Shown: piece by piece, positions 28,358 to 36,831 of the stretch
Layout of the letters: each line of letters starts with the position of its first letter
Position numbering within the stretch: position 1 is the first letter of the stretch
The notes under the pieces: generated by a model
Seen by the model: only the letters and a program-made list of their open reading frames with translations
Databases searched by the model: none
What the model was told of the DNA's origin: nothing
Made by a program: the position numbers and the translations under genes
DNA from: a virus
Lineage: Duplodnaviria > Heunggongvirae > Uroviricota > Caudoviricetes
DNA: 37,884 bases
Virus record (IMG/VR): IMGVR_UViG_2654587996_000006
Strand: one strand, 5' to 3'

Positions 28358-30772
28358 TTAATACAGGTTCCGCCACTTATCATCTTCCCGCAAACGCTGG
28401 TTCCGATAGAAGATACGCAGGCCTGCTCCTGACGGAATACTGCCGCCGCGAAGGAGTAAATCGACCTCTTTCTCGCTACCATCAAATCCTCTGGACTTCA
28501 GCTCATAGACGAGCTGCAGTCGCTGATGGTCTGTAATTCGCTGTTTGTAGTCTTTACGCCGTATCGGTTTAACCAGGCGTAGCCTTGCTGCCAGTTCCCG
28601 GCGCTCTTTTTTGCTCATACTGTGCAGGAAATCGTGCAACTCCTTGTCATCCATGCTGATAATATCCGTTCTGGGGTCCCCATCTGCTGATTTATCTTTC
28701 TCCTGTTGGTTCAAATTTTCAGCAAGGGGACAGTTATTGCCACGAGTCCAAGGGGCGCAAGCGCCCTGGTCGGCTACCGCCTCCTGAACGTCAACGGCTT
28801 TACGAACCATTTTCCACTTCACTGCATGAGTGCAGATCTTGCCCTCTGCAATGGGTGACCAGATGCCATAAATACGAATACCGTGATCGCCATAAGCGGT
28901 CGGCTCTTCGTTAATTTCATAAGCTGTTCTGATAAGGTGATATTTGCGGGGAACCAGTACGCCGCCCTGCTTCATGATGTAGGTGGCAAAACAGCCAGCA
29001 TCAGCGGCAGCCAGGATGGCATCAAGGCGCGGGTCATCCAGTACCGGCGCACCTGCTTTTTTGTCACCCTGTTGCCTTGCCGCCTGACCAGCCAGCAAGC
29101 GAAGTTCACGGTACGCCTGACGCCCCGGAATACCAAAGAAGCGGAACTGCTGAACACGATGCAGAGACGCCCAGGCATTAACGTATTCGGCGTTATCACG
29201 CAGGGATTTACCCGTTTCCTTGCTGATCTCGCCAGCCAGACCACGTCCGTCAATGTTCTTACTGATGTATTTCGCGATGTAGCTTGTCGGCGTTCCTTTG
29301 CGCGGGTTTATCAGCTCAGACTTAAAGCGTGGACCCGTGTTATTGCCCAGTTCCTCGCGGTCTTCACGGATGGCAAACTTACGCAACAATGCAGTAATGG
29401 CGCGGCGGTCTTTTTTGCGCATGAAACACATGAGATGCCAGTGCACAGTACCGTCATGGTGCGGCTCAGCCACCCGCACGCCATACCAGCGCAACCCGGC
29501 TTTGTGCATAGCCTTACGAAATGCAGCAAACATGCCGACCAGATAATCGCTGCTTTGTCTTACCGTCGCATTTGTCCAGGTTGGGTTTGGTCTGCCGTTA
29601 TTGAGCGTAGAATGGAAACGTGACGGACAGGTAATGGTGTAGAAAACGGCGCAGTCACCACGCATTTCCGCGATAAGCTCCAGACCTTTAACACAGGCCA
29701 TCATCTCATTGCGGCGGTGCGCCGGGTTGCTGCTGCTGGCGTTTACCACGTCTTCCATATCCAGCGTGTCGCCGTCTTCGTTCACCAGTTCATGAGAACG
29801 GAAAAACTCCAGCGACTTGCGGCGCTGCTCACGTTTATGCGTCACTGCTTCATAGCTGACATAGGGAGATGCTTTTTTGCTGACCAGGCAGACAGCACGC
29901 AACTGCTCTTCCCGCCATTCGCAACGTATCTTCCACAATTTTCGATACCACCAGTCGGCGCAAAGCATACGTGCCAGCGAACCCGGTATGAGTTCATAGG
30001 GCACGGGTTTGCGGCGGTTTCTTTTCCGACGGAGTTTCTCAAACGCAGGCGGGATAACATCCAGACGCAGGGTTTCCGCTGCCACCTTTTCCCATGTCTT
30101 GCGGATTTCTTCTGGCTTAACGTCATCGGAGGCATACAAATCACCACAAGCGGCCTCAAGACACATGCTCATATGCGCTGCTACCAGGGTGGACAGGCGT
30201 TTTACCTGATCCTGACTCATTTCAGGCAGGATCAGCAGGCCCTCAAGCCCTTGATGGCTTGCCATAAAACGGAAAGAAGCGGATAGCTGACTGTCGCGTA
30301 CATACTCCAGTCGCTCCAGACATGGCTTAATCGTCTCACGCAAATAGCGGGAATAAGCCTTTGGCCTGCCCAGGCTGCTGAAGTATTCGATACGTTGCAT
30401 CAGCGGCTTGCTGATGTGGGTGGGCTGGGCGCTGACGTCCGCCAGAATGACCATGTCCGGGTTAAAACGCTGCTGCTCATGCGCCAGCTTTGCCCGACTA
30501 ATGAGATTATCCTGCTCCATTTCGCGCTGGACAGGATCACGGGATTCATTAAAGAAATAACGCTCCCAGACCTGCTCACTCAGTGCATCGCGGCGCAGCT
30601 GTTCCTGCTCGTTATCGGCAGCGTACAGAGTGATCATGTTTGAAAGTGCAGACTCCGGCGCAACTTCCGCCGGGTCCAGATAAGGGTTAATGGCCTTTTT
30701 CGGGCCGTTCCATGAAAATGCTGCAGCGGCCTCGTTAAAGCCGCTAGAGTTGCTCATATCGTCATGACTCAT
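28358..30772 (-). CDS. A: replication initiation protein A (HUH rolling-circle endonuclease)
   Basis: 804 aa; HUH-type motif GTVHWHLM and tyrosine motif YIAKYISK; P2 gpA-like. Confidence 0.85.
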   Translation of the reverse strand: MSHDDMSNSSGFNEAAAAFSWNGPKKAINPYLDPAEVAPESALSNMITLYAADNEQEQLRRDALSEQVWERYFFNESRDPVQREMEQDNLISRAKLAHEQQRFNPDMVILADVSAQPTHISKPLMQRIEYFSSLGRPKAYSRYLRETIKPCLERLEYVRDSQLSASFRFMASHQGLEGLLILPEMSQDQVKRLSTLVAAHMSMCLEAACGDLYASDDVKPEEIRKTWEKVAAETLRLDVIPPAFEKLRRKRNRRKPVPYELIPGSLARMLCADWWYRKLWKIRCEWREEQLRAVCLVSKKASPYVSYEAVTHKREQRRKSLEFFRSHELVNEDGDTLDMEDVVNASSSNPAHRRNEMMACVKGLELIAEMRGDCAVFYTITCPSRFHSTLNNGRPNPTWTNATVRQSSDYLVGMFAAFRKAMHKAGLRWYGVRVAEPHHDGTVHWHLMCFMRKKDRRAITALLRKFAIREDREELGNNTGPRFKSELINPRKGTPTSYIAKYISKNIDGRGLAGEISKETGKSLRDNAEYVNAWASLHRVQQFRFFGIPGRQAYRELRLLAGQAARQQGDKKAGAPVLDDPRLDAILAAADAGCFATYIMKQGGVLVPRKYHLIRTAYEINEEPTAYGDHGIRIYGIWSPIAEGKICTHAVKWKMVRKAVDVQEAVADQGACAPWTRGNNCPLAENLNQQEKDKSADGDPRTDIISMDDKELHDFLHSMSKKERRELAARLRLVKPIRRKDYKQRITDHQRLQLVYELKSRGFDGSEKEVDLLLRGGSIPSGAGLRIFYRNQRLREDDKWRNLY

Positions 30773-31626
30773 ACACGCACCTCGTACACAGCAGAACTAT
30801 CCACGCCACGCGAAGGATCAAATCCCACCCAGCAGCGCGCCCCGGAAACAGCAATGATTTCTGTTGCAGATTTACTCTCGCCAGCCGACACGCCGATGCT
30901 GCGTTTTGCCTTGATGTAGTGGTGAGTGAAATTGCGATACAGCGAACGAATCAGGGATGTGTCACTGTTAGAAACAATGACCGGATGACCTTCAGATGAT
31001 CGATGTTCAAGAACGGATGCCAGGTGATACTGGTCATCCTCAGTGAAGCCATCAGTGTGATAGCCGGAAAACGTACCGTCATAAGGCGGATCGCAATACA
31101 CCACATCCCCCGCCTTCAACATCGCCAGCGTTTCATCAAAGCTGGCGCAGATAAACGTTGCTCGCTGGGCTTTTTCTGCAAATTTGCGAATTTCTTTTTC
31201 AGGGAAATACGGATTTTTATAATTCCCGTAGGGAATGTTGAAATGCCCGCTCTTGTTATAGCGACATAACCCACGGTAACCATGACGATTGAGATACAGG
31301 AAATATACCGCTTTCATGAAATCAGTAATTTCAGTGGAGTAATTAAACTCCTGCCTTATGTTGTAATAAGCCACCTCCCTGTTTGCTTCCTCAAATAAAG
31401 CTCTGGCACGAGATATAAACGCCTCGCAATCAGCAGCAACCTTTTTATAGAGGTTGATTAAATCAGGATTAATATCCGCAACAAGATAGCTGGGGTAATC
31501 CGTCTCTATCATCACAGCACAAGAACCCGCGAAAGGTTCAACCAGTCGCGGGCCAGCAGGAAGGTATTTTTTCAGTTCCGGCATAATGGCGGTTTTATTA
31601 CCCGCCCATTTCAGGATGGTGCTCAT
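30769..31626 (-). CDS. dam: DNA adenine methyltransferase (Dam-like, orphan)
   Basis: ORF 30769-31740 trimmed to [11 protein letters not shown]; AdoMet motif EPFAGSCAV and catalytic DPPY; start overlaps the upstream stop (ATGA) and the 3' end overlaps the A start. Confidence 0.8.
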
Positions 31627-31850
31627 ACAGCACCTCCGTTGTAATGTTTGCCTTTCAGCTCTGCGATTTCCTGACAGGTAATGCAAAGCTGCACACCCGG
31701 AATGGCGCGACGTCGTGCTGGCGGAATTGGTGCTTCGCACTCAATGCAAAGCACGCGGGATACGCCCGGCGTTTTGGCGCGGGCAGCACGGATATGACGC
31801 TGGCGTTCTTCTTCAACGCGCTGCTGTACGAGATCCATTGCATCAGCCAT
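31623..31850 (-). CDS. TraR/DksA-family C4 zinc-finger protein
   Basis: 75 aa; CIECEAPIP...CITCQ four-Cys motif. Confidence 0.7.
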   Translation of the reverse strand: MADAMDLVQQRVEEERQRHIRAARAKTPGVSRVLCIECEAPIPPARRRAIPGVQLCITCQEIAELKGKHYNGGAV

Positions 31851-32089
31851 CAGTGGATCTCCTGCGCTTCGTTCTGGATTGCTTCAGCAGTCACACGCAG
31901 CAGTTCTGCCGCTTCGACGTGGTTTAGCTGGCGGGATGTGATATGACACGCCAGGCTATCAAGGCGAGCTGCCATTGCTTCAGCCCTTGCCCGGCGTTCT
32001 TCCAGACGAGCCTCTGTCAGTAAAATATTAAGCCCTGCATCATCCGGTCCGGTTTTAGTCGTGAGGGTTTCAATATTACGCATAATCAA
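31850..32089 (-). CDS. hypothetical early protein
   Basis: 79-aa ORF packed into the early operon with start/stop overlap. Confidence 0.5.
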   Translation of the reverse strand: MIMRNIETLTTKTGPDDAGLNILLTEARLEERRARAEAMAARLDSLACHITSRQLNHVEAAELLRVTAEAIQNEAQEIH

Positions 32090-32150
32090 TTCTCCTGAAT
32101 TTAGATAAAGGGATGCCTGGCGGGTTTACGCCATGAATTTCATTAGTTGG

Positions 32151-32492
32151 TTAATTCGGCATGGTTAGCCGTCTGGGAAATAAGCTCACCACTGCACGAA
32201 AATGATTCATTGCTTTAATCAGCTCCCGCTTTTCGTCAGTGGTCAGCTCATTAATGCTGATGCTATGACGTTCAGCTGGAATTTTTGCCATAAAGAATAT
32301 GGCAGCCAGTGCCCGTTTATTTTGTTCATTATTGATATCCCGTGGATCACGCATATCTTTAATAAACCGCTCAAGCTCTGACTCAATATTCAGGCCAAAA
32401 ACTTTCGCTCTTAATTCCGCAATGTGATTAAGTCCATTCAGGCGTTCACCGGGGCTTAATGGAACAGTCGCCGCAGCGCCATTAATTGCCAT
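32151..32492 (-). CDS. hypothetical early protein
   Basis: 113-aa ORF; a possible GGGGA RBS lies upstream. Confidence 0.5.
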   Translation of the reverse strand: MAINGAAATVPLSPGERLNGLNHIAELRAKVFGLNIESELERFIKDMRDPRDINNEQNKRALAAIFFMAKIPAERHSISINELTTDEKRELIKAMNHFRAVVSLFPRRLTMPN

Positions 32493-32514
32493 AATTCATA
32501 TCCCCAAAACGCAA

Positions 32515-32739
32515 CTATCGTTCTTTGTTCTTACGGTAACGCTCAAGGGGAGATACATTTTTTCGTACCGTCTCTTTAACCTGCTCTCCCCGTAAAAACG
32601 TCCCATCCTTTAGTGTGAAAAAGTAACTGCCATCGCCCGACAACGACGGATAACAACAGAGCAAATCATCTTCAGGTACTGAATAACTACCCCCTCTGTA
32701 ACGAAACTGATAAACCACTTCACTTTCTGCCGCATACAT
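32515..32739 (-). CDS. hypothetical early protein
   Basis: 74-aa ORF with a good RBS (GGAGAAA); the overlapping ORF 32610-32852 lacks an RBS. Confidence 0.45.
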   Translation of the reverse strand: MYAAESEVVYQFRYRGGSYSVPEDDLLCCYPSLSGDGSYFFTLKDGTFLRGEQVKETVRKNVSPLERYRKNKER

Positions 32740-32829
32740 TTGGACTTTCTCCGTTTCCTCGTGGTCACTTCAGACAGCAATTCATCTTGTGAATAACATG
32801 GATGCCAGCGTTTACCATCCTCACCCATG

Positions 32830-32889
32830 ATCCAGCCGTGACCGTAGTGCATTGCCGGGCTTTGTTTTACCAGCAGCGATGCAAATGAT
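32830..32889. repeat. 60-bp direct repeat, copy 1
   Basis: 59 of 60 nt identical to 33633-33692 (atccagccgtgaccgtagtgcattgccgg[g/a]ctttgttttaccagcagcgatgcaaatgat). Confidence 0.85.
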
Positions 32890-32979
32890 TGTGCCGGGAA
32901 TTTTTCTACACGCCCGGCGCGTGCCTCAGTGGTAGACTATTTGTGCTAACAATCATCTACCCCTCAAAGGAGAAAACTG

Positions 32980-33060
32980 ATGTCAGAAACAGACAACTTT
33001 CATGTACTCCCTCGCCCGGCTCCAGCACCTCAGCCTGAACCGGGGCAAGAGAAGAAATAG
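32980..33060 (+). CDS. 26-aa Pro-rich leader peptide (MSETDNFHVLPRPAPAPQPEPGQEKK)
   Basis: Strong RBS AAAGGAG 7 nt before the ATG; stops 9 nt before the next ORF. Confidence 0.4.
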   Translation: MSETDNFHVLPRPAPAPQPEPGQEKK

Positions 33061-33069
33061 GAATCCGGC

Positions 33070-33528
33070 ATGACTAAACAAAGCTCCGAATACTTCCAAT
33101 TACACTACTGTTATTACCTTGAACTAATGACAGCAACGTTCCATGGTCGAGCTGATAAATTAATGACAGCAATCCAACTTATAAGCGGAACAGCTGTATT
33201 TGCTAATACAGGTCTGGAATGGTTGTTCGCTTTTCCTGTTGTTGTAATCGCAACAATCCAACTTGTATGGCAACCAGCTATTATTGCGGAACGAGCAAGC
33301 GTACAAAGCCGACAATATGGTGAGTTGCTTTACGCCGAGGATGAATTGTCTCCACAGTTCATTGCACAAAAATTGAAAGCTTTGCATCACTCTGACTCCA
33401 CAACATTCGGATCTTTGTTAAACCCTGCCTACAAAAGAGCTGCTATTGCCTGTGGTCGGGTTGACGATGTAAACCTCAGCTTCCAAGAAAAACTTTTCGC
33501 TTGGTTCGCAGGTTGTTTGCCACGTTAA
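33070..33528 (+). CDS. small predicted 2-TM membrane protein (cassette gene, antisense to the early operon)
   Basis: 152 aa with two hydrophobic helices (LMTAIQLISGTAVF, LFAFPVVVIATIQLVW); the only plus-strand ORF in this minus-strand operon; bracketed by the 60-bp direct repeats. Confidence 0.5.
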   Translation: MTKQSSEYFQLHYCYYLELMTATFHGRADKLMTAIQLISGTAVFANTGLEWLFAFPVVVIATIQLVWQPAIIAERASVQSRQYGELLYAEDELSPQFIAQKLKALHHSDSTTFGSLLNPAYKRAAIACGRVDDVNLSFQEKLFAWFAGCLPR

Positions 33529-33709
33529 CCATAAATCTTTGTAGGAATCGCTTTTTATTTCTTCCCCGGTAAGCCTGTTGCCGGGGTTGTAATTCAAAAC
33601 TTGGATGCCACTTTTTCCCACAAGGTAAATAAATCCAGCCGTGACCGTAGTGCATTGCCGGACTTTGTTTTACCAGCAGCGATGCAAATGATGGTTCTTT
33701 CGTCAGCAT
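33476..33709 (-). CDS. small basic protein immediately downstream of cII
   Basis: 77 aa from MLTKEP with RBS GAGGTG; its coding sequence contains repeat copy 2. Confidence 0.4.
   Translation of the reverse strand: MLTKEPSFASLLVKQSPAMHYGHGWIYLPCGKKWHPSFELQPRQQAYRGRNKKRFLQRFMVNVANNLRTKRKVFLGS
33633..33692. repeat. 60-bp direct repeat, copy 2
   Basis: See copy 1; the copies are 803 bp apart. Confidence 0.85.
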
Positions 33710-33716
33710 AAGCACC

Positions 33717-34226
33717 TCACAGCAAACCGAATGAAGCACCGAGGCCAGTCACGGTATCAACTGCACTCGCCATCGCAGGATTAGCCTGTAAACGGGCCTG
33801 CAATGAAACAGCAGCCAGCGCCATCAGTCGTGTTACAGAGTTAATGCTGCTGATAGCATCACGACGACCTGCACTGGTTTTTACATCGCCAGATACCGCA
33901 CCTGCAGCAACACGTCCGATCTCTGCGGTTGCACTCATGACGTAATGTGGCAGTTTCTCTTTTGCTACCTCATTAATCGGTACACATGGCAGACAGTGAA
34001 TCTGAGCCAGAAAGCCATCTACCAGCGTCGAATCTTCAGTCAGATCGGTAAGCAGCCAAATTTCTGGTGCGGTTAATAAATGAGGTTGAGCAGGGTTCAA
34101 CTTGTTTCGCAGAATCTGCACATTCATTCCTGCACGTCCTGCCAGCTGCACCAGGTTGTGGCGCAGTGCGAATGCACGACAGGCTTCATCAAAATGTGGA
34201 TGTTTGGAAACTTGGTAATCAAACAT
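33717..34226 (-). CDS. cII: 186-type CII lysogeny-establishment transcription activator
   Basis: ORF 33717-34235 trimmed to [11 protein letters not shown]; about 169 aa; recognised as close to coliphage 186 CII; HTH around [13 protein letters not shown]. Confidence 0.7.
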   Translation of the reverse strand: MFDYQVSKHPHFDEACRAFALRHNLVQLAGRAGMNVQILRNKLNPAQPHLLTAPEIWLLTDLTEDSTLVDGFLAQIHCLPCVPINEVAKEKLPHYVMSATAEIGRVAAGAVSGDVKTSAGRRDAISSINSVTRLMALAAVSLQARLQANPAMASAVDTVTGLGASFGLL

Positions 34227-34290
34227 GGTTTTCAATTCCGAACTTATCGCAAAATCGAACTCAGCGTCTTATTGCGAAAATAGACGTCTA

Positions 34291-34494
34291 TTAAGCAGAC
34301 AAAGCATCAACAGTCAGAGCAGCCAGGTTAATCATTACCTTTTCACGTTTTTTGTCTTTACGAAGACGATGACGAGGTAGTCGGCCATCAGCCAACATGT
34401 CGTTAATCGTATCAATAGAAAGGCCAGTCAGTTCGCTATAACGTTCGATTGTGACATGTGGTGTATTCAGAGTAATTGAAATGTTAGGTGTCAT
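34291..34494 (-). CDS. apl: Apl/Cox-like excisionase and lytic-promoter regulator
   Basis: 67-aa HTH protein ([29 protein letters not shown]), first gene of the early operon, facing cI. Confidence 0.6.
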   Translation of the reverse strand: MTPNISITLNTPHVTIERYSELTGLSIDTINDMLADGRLPRHRLRKDKKREKVMINLAALTVDALSA

Positions 34495-34552
34495 AAGGCA
34501 ACATTCCTTCTAGATATGGCTTGTGGCGAGCCGTTGTTTGTCGTGATTAGTA

Positions 34553-35209
34553 GTGAAGGCTCCAAAAGAAGACTTCTGGTTCAACTTTAAGATCGCTTTT
34601 GGAATCTGTCAACGAATTTTGGATTTCTTTGGAGGATTTGTGGATTTCAATAGCGGCGGTAAGAAAGCCATAGAACGTTTGGTTGAAGCATACGGGTTCG
34701 GTACCCGTCAGGCTCTCTGTGATCATTTAGGTGTTTCTAAGAGCACCATGGCAACGCGTTATATGCGTGATATTTTTCCGGCAGATTGGGTAATCCAGTG
34801 CGCCCTTGAAACGGGTACCTCGCTTAATTGGCTAACAACAGGGCATGGTTCAAAGCAAGCATCAGCAAATACAAATACTATAGAAGTAGTAAAATATTTA
34901 TTGTCTGATGGAGCATTGCAGGAAGACGGTTTTTATATTTTTGATAAGGGATTTCTACCCTCTACGTTTAAAAAACCTTTTGTCATCACAGATAACAATT
35001 CTGAATTTATTTGTGATAAAGAATTTGATGATATACGTGATGGTAAATGGGTAATAAGTATTGATGGCGAAATAACAATCCGCGACATCACTCGTTTACC
35101 CGGTGGAAGAATTTTCGTTGAAGGTGGAAACAGAGCCTTCGAGTGCAAGATAGAAGATGTTGAAATAATTGGAAAAATTATAAGCTTAACAGTTAAGTAT
35201 GTTAGATAA
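34553..35209 (+). CDS. cI: CI immunity repressor (186 type)
   Basis: N-terminal HTH region (RLVEAYGF...ALETGTSLNWLTTGHG); the real start may be the in-frame GTG at 34640 (about 189 aa, preceded by GGAGG), which would leave a longer apl-cI switch region. Confidence 0.7.
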   Translation: MKAPKEDFWFNFKIAFGICQRILDFFGGFVDFNSGGKKAIERLVEAYGFGTRQALCDHLGVSKSTMATRYMRDIFPADWVIQCALETGTSLNWLTTGHGSKQASANTNTIEVVKYLLSDGALQEDGFYIFDKGFLPSTFKKPFVITDNNSEFICDKEFDDIRDGKWVISIDGEITIRDITRLPGGRIFVEGGNRAFECKIEDVEIIGKIISLTVKYVR

Positions 35210-35224
35210 TACCTGGAGGAAACT

Positions 35225-35407
35225 ATGCTTGGTAAGTTTTTTTTTGTGGTTTTATCATGCTCTTTGTTATTAAACCCACTAACTACCTATGCTAAAAATT
35301 ATCCTTGTTCTGGGAAAAAGGGAGGTGTCTCTCACTGTACCTCTGATGGAAAATTTGTTTGCAATGATGGAACCATCAGTAAATCCAAAAAAACATGCAT
35401 CAAATAA
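35225..35407 (+). CDS. small secreted Cys-rich protein (60 aa)
   Basis: Signal peptide [23 protein letters not shown] followed by a 37-residue mature part with 5 Cys; AT-rich; between cI and int. Confidence 0.5.
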   Translation: MLGKFFFVVLSCSLLLNPLTTYAKNYPCSGKKGGVSHCTSDGKFVCNDGTISKSKKTCIK

Positions 35408-35420
35408 TAAGGAAATATGA

Positions 35421-36752
35421 ATGAGCACAGATATAACTTTCGATATACGTGATGAATATAAAAGAAAAGCCATTGCAGAAAAAATAATAAGTTTGCTAGA
35501 GTCTAATATTCCTGTTTCACCTATGGTCATAGATGGGGACTGGGGGACTGGAAAAACAGAGTTTTCAAAAAAGTTAGCATCCTTAATTGAAATAAACTCG
35601 ACCAATCATAAAGTAGTTTATATAGATGCTTTTACTGAAGATCACAACGATGCTCCCATACTTACAATAATGGCCGCAATTGCAGCTCTATATAATAGCG
35701 ATGAAAAAAAGGAATTAATATCTAAGGCATTGCCAGCCCTCAGATTCGGACTTAAGACTGTACTCAAAGCTGGTGCTGGTTGGGTATTAAAACAAAATGC
35801 GGATGAAATTAATGAGGAATTTGAAGAGGTTATCAAAGACGCTGCAAATTCAGCTATCGATGGAACCATCGAGGCTCTGTTAGAAGATCATATCGAGGCA
35901 CAAAAGAACGTTCTTGCTCTAAAAGAAGTACTAACCAAATTAGCTGGAGAAAGTAAACTAACAATAATTATAGATGAGTTAGACAGATGTAAGCCTAGTT
36001 TTGCCATTTCTATTATTGAAAATATAAAACATGTTTTTGATATAAAAAACATTAACTTTTTATTAATTGCAAACACAACTCAACTAAAAGCATCCATAAA
36101 TCATATCTATGGCTCTTCTGTAGACTCCAACCGTTATCTTGACAAATTTATAAAATTTACATACAGCCTTCCTGTTACCTTTAAGGAAGATAATTATAAT
36201 GACACTTTAACTTCCAAAAATCATTGGATGATGCTATGTGAGCAATCTGAAAGGCTGACCGCTGCAGTAGAAGCCAGCGAAGATATTTTCTTACAGTTCA
36301 TTGAAAGTAGAAAATTATCATTACGTGAGGTTGAAACACTTGCTAGATATGTTGAAATATACCAACTACTATCAGGCGACAAAATTAGCAACAAATATAT
36401 TTATGGATATTGTTATTACAGGACTCTAGCGATAATAATCTACACTTTTAACCGAGAGTTAGCTCTCAACTTTCTTGAAGATAAAGTTGATGCTCAATCA
36501 ATCATGAAATTGTTTGGTTTATCTAAATTTTCATATCAAACAAGTGAATATAATGTAGATAATTATGAATATGCTATATTTGGAATAGTTTACAAATACT
36601 TATCTGAAAACTCATCTCTTTTACCTGCTGAGGAAAATATAAAAAGACAATGGGCAGAAATGAGTGAATACCATTTTTTAAAAGGTGGTGGCGGTATTGG
36701 TGAACCAACAAATATTGTGAAAGATGCTTTAAAAGTTTTTTTACTTCAGTGA
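35421..36752 (+). CDS. KAP-family P-loop NTPase, second copy (cargo gene, candidate anti-phage factor)
   Basis: 443 aa; Walker A IDGDWGTGKTEF matches the KAP signature; Walker B LTIIIDELDRCKP; AT-rich; lies between cI and int. Confidence 0.8.
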   Translation: MSTDITFDIRDEYKRKAIAEKIISLLESNIPVSPMVIDGDWGTGKTEFSKKLASLIEINSTNHKVVYIDAFTEDHNDAPILTIMAAIAALYNSDEKKELISKALPALRFGLKTVLKAGAGWVLKQNADEINEEFEEVIKDAANSAIDGTIEALLEDHIEAQKNVLALKEVLTKLAGESKLTIIIDELDRCKPSFAISIIENIKHVFDIKNINFLLIANTTQLKASINHIYGSSVDSNRYLDKFIKFTYSLPVTFKEDNYNDTLTSKNHWMMLCEQSERLTAAVEASEDIFLQFIESRKLSLREVETLARYVEIYQLLSGDKISNKYIYGYCYYRTLAIIIYTFNRELALNFLEDKVDAQSIMKLFGLSKFSYQTSEYNVDNYEYAIFGIVYKYLSENSSLLPAEENIKRQWAEMSEYHFLKGGGGIGEPTNIVKDALKVFLLQ

Positions 36753-36831
36753 TATGTATGGCTATACAAATTCATACATTGACACTGGTTATATATACAG
36801 TAAAAATGCTCTCCACTGGAGGGCATTTTTT

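Noticed and set aside
28883-29623. 246-aa plus-strand ORF inside gene A
   Set aside because: Antisense to the replication initiator gene, which carries recognisable HUH and Tyr motifs on the other strand.
32610-32852. 80-aa ORF starting MHYGHGWI at repeat copy 1
   Set aside because: No RBS, and overlaps the better-supported 74-aa gene at 32515-32739 in another frame; interpreted as a decayed paralogous fragment created by the 60-bp repeat rather than a live gene.
36753-36831. Possible int promoter (TTGACA at about 36789) and short inverted repeat tgtatg...cataca between the KAP gene and int
   Set aside because: No convincing -10 at proper spacing; could equally be a terminator or attenuator remnant; too weak to call.
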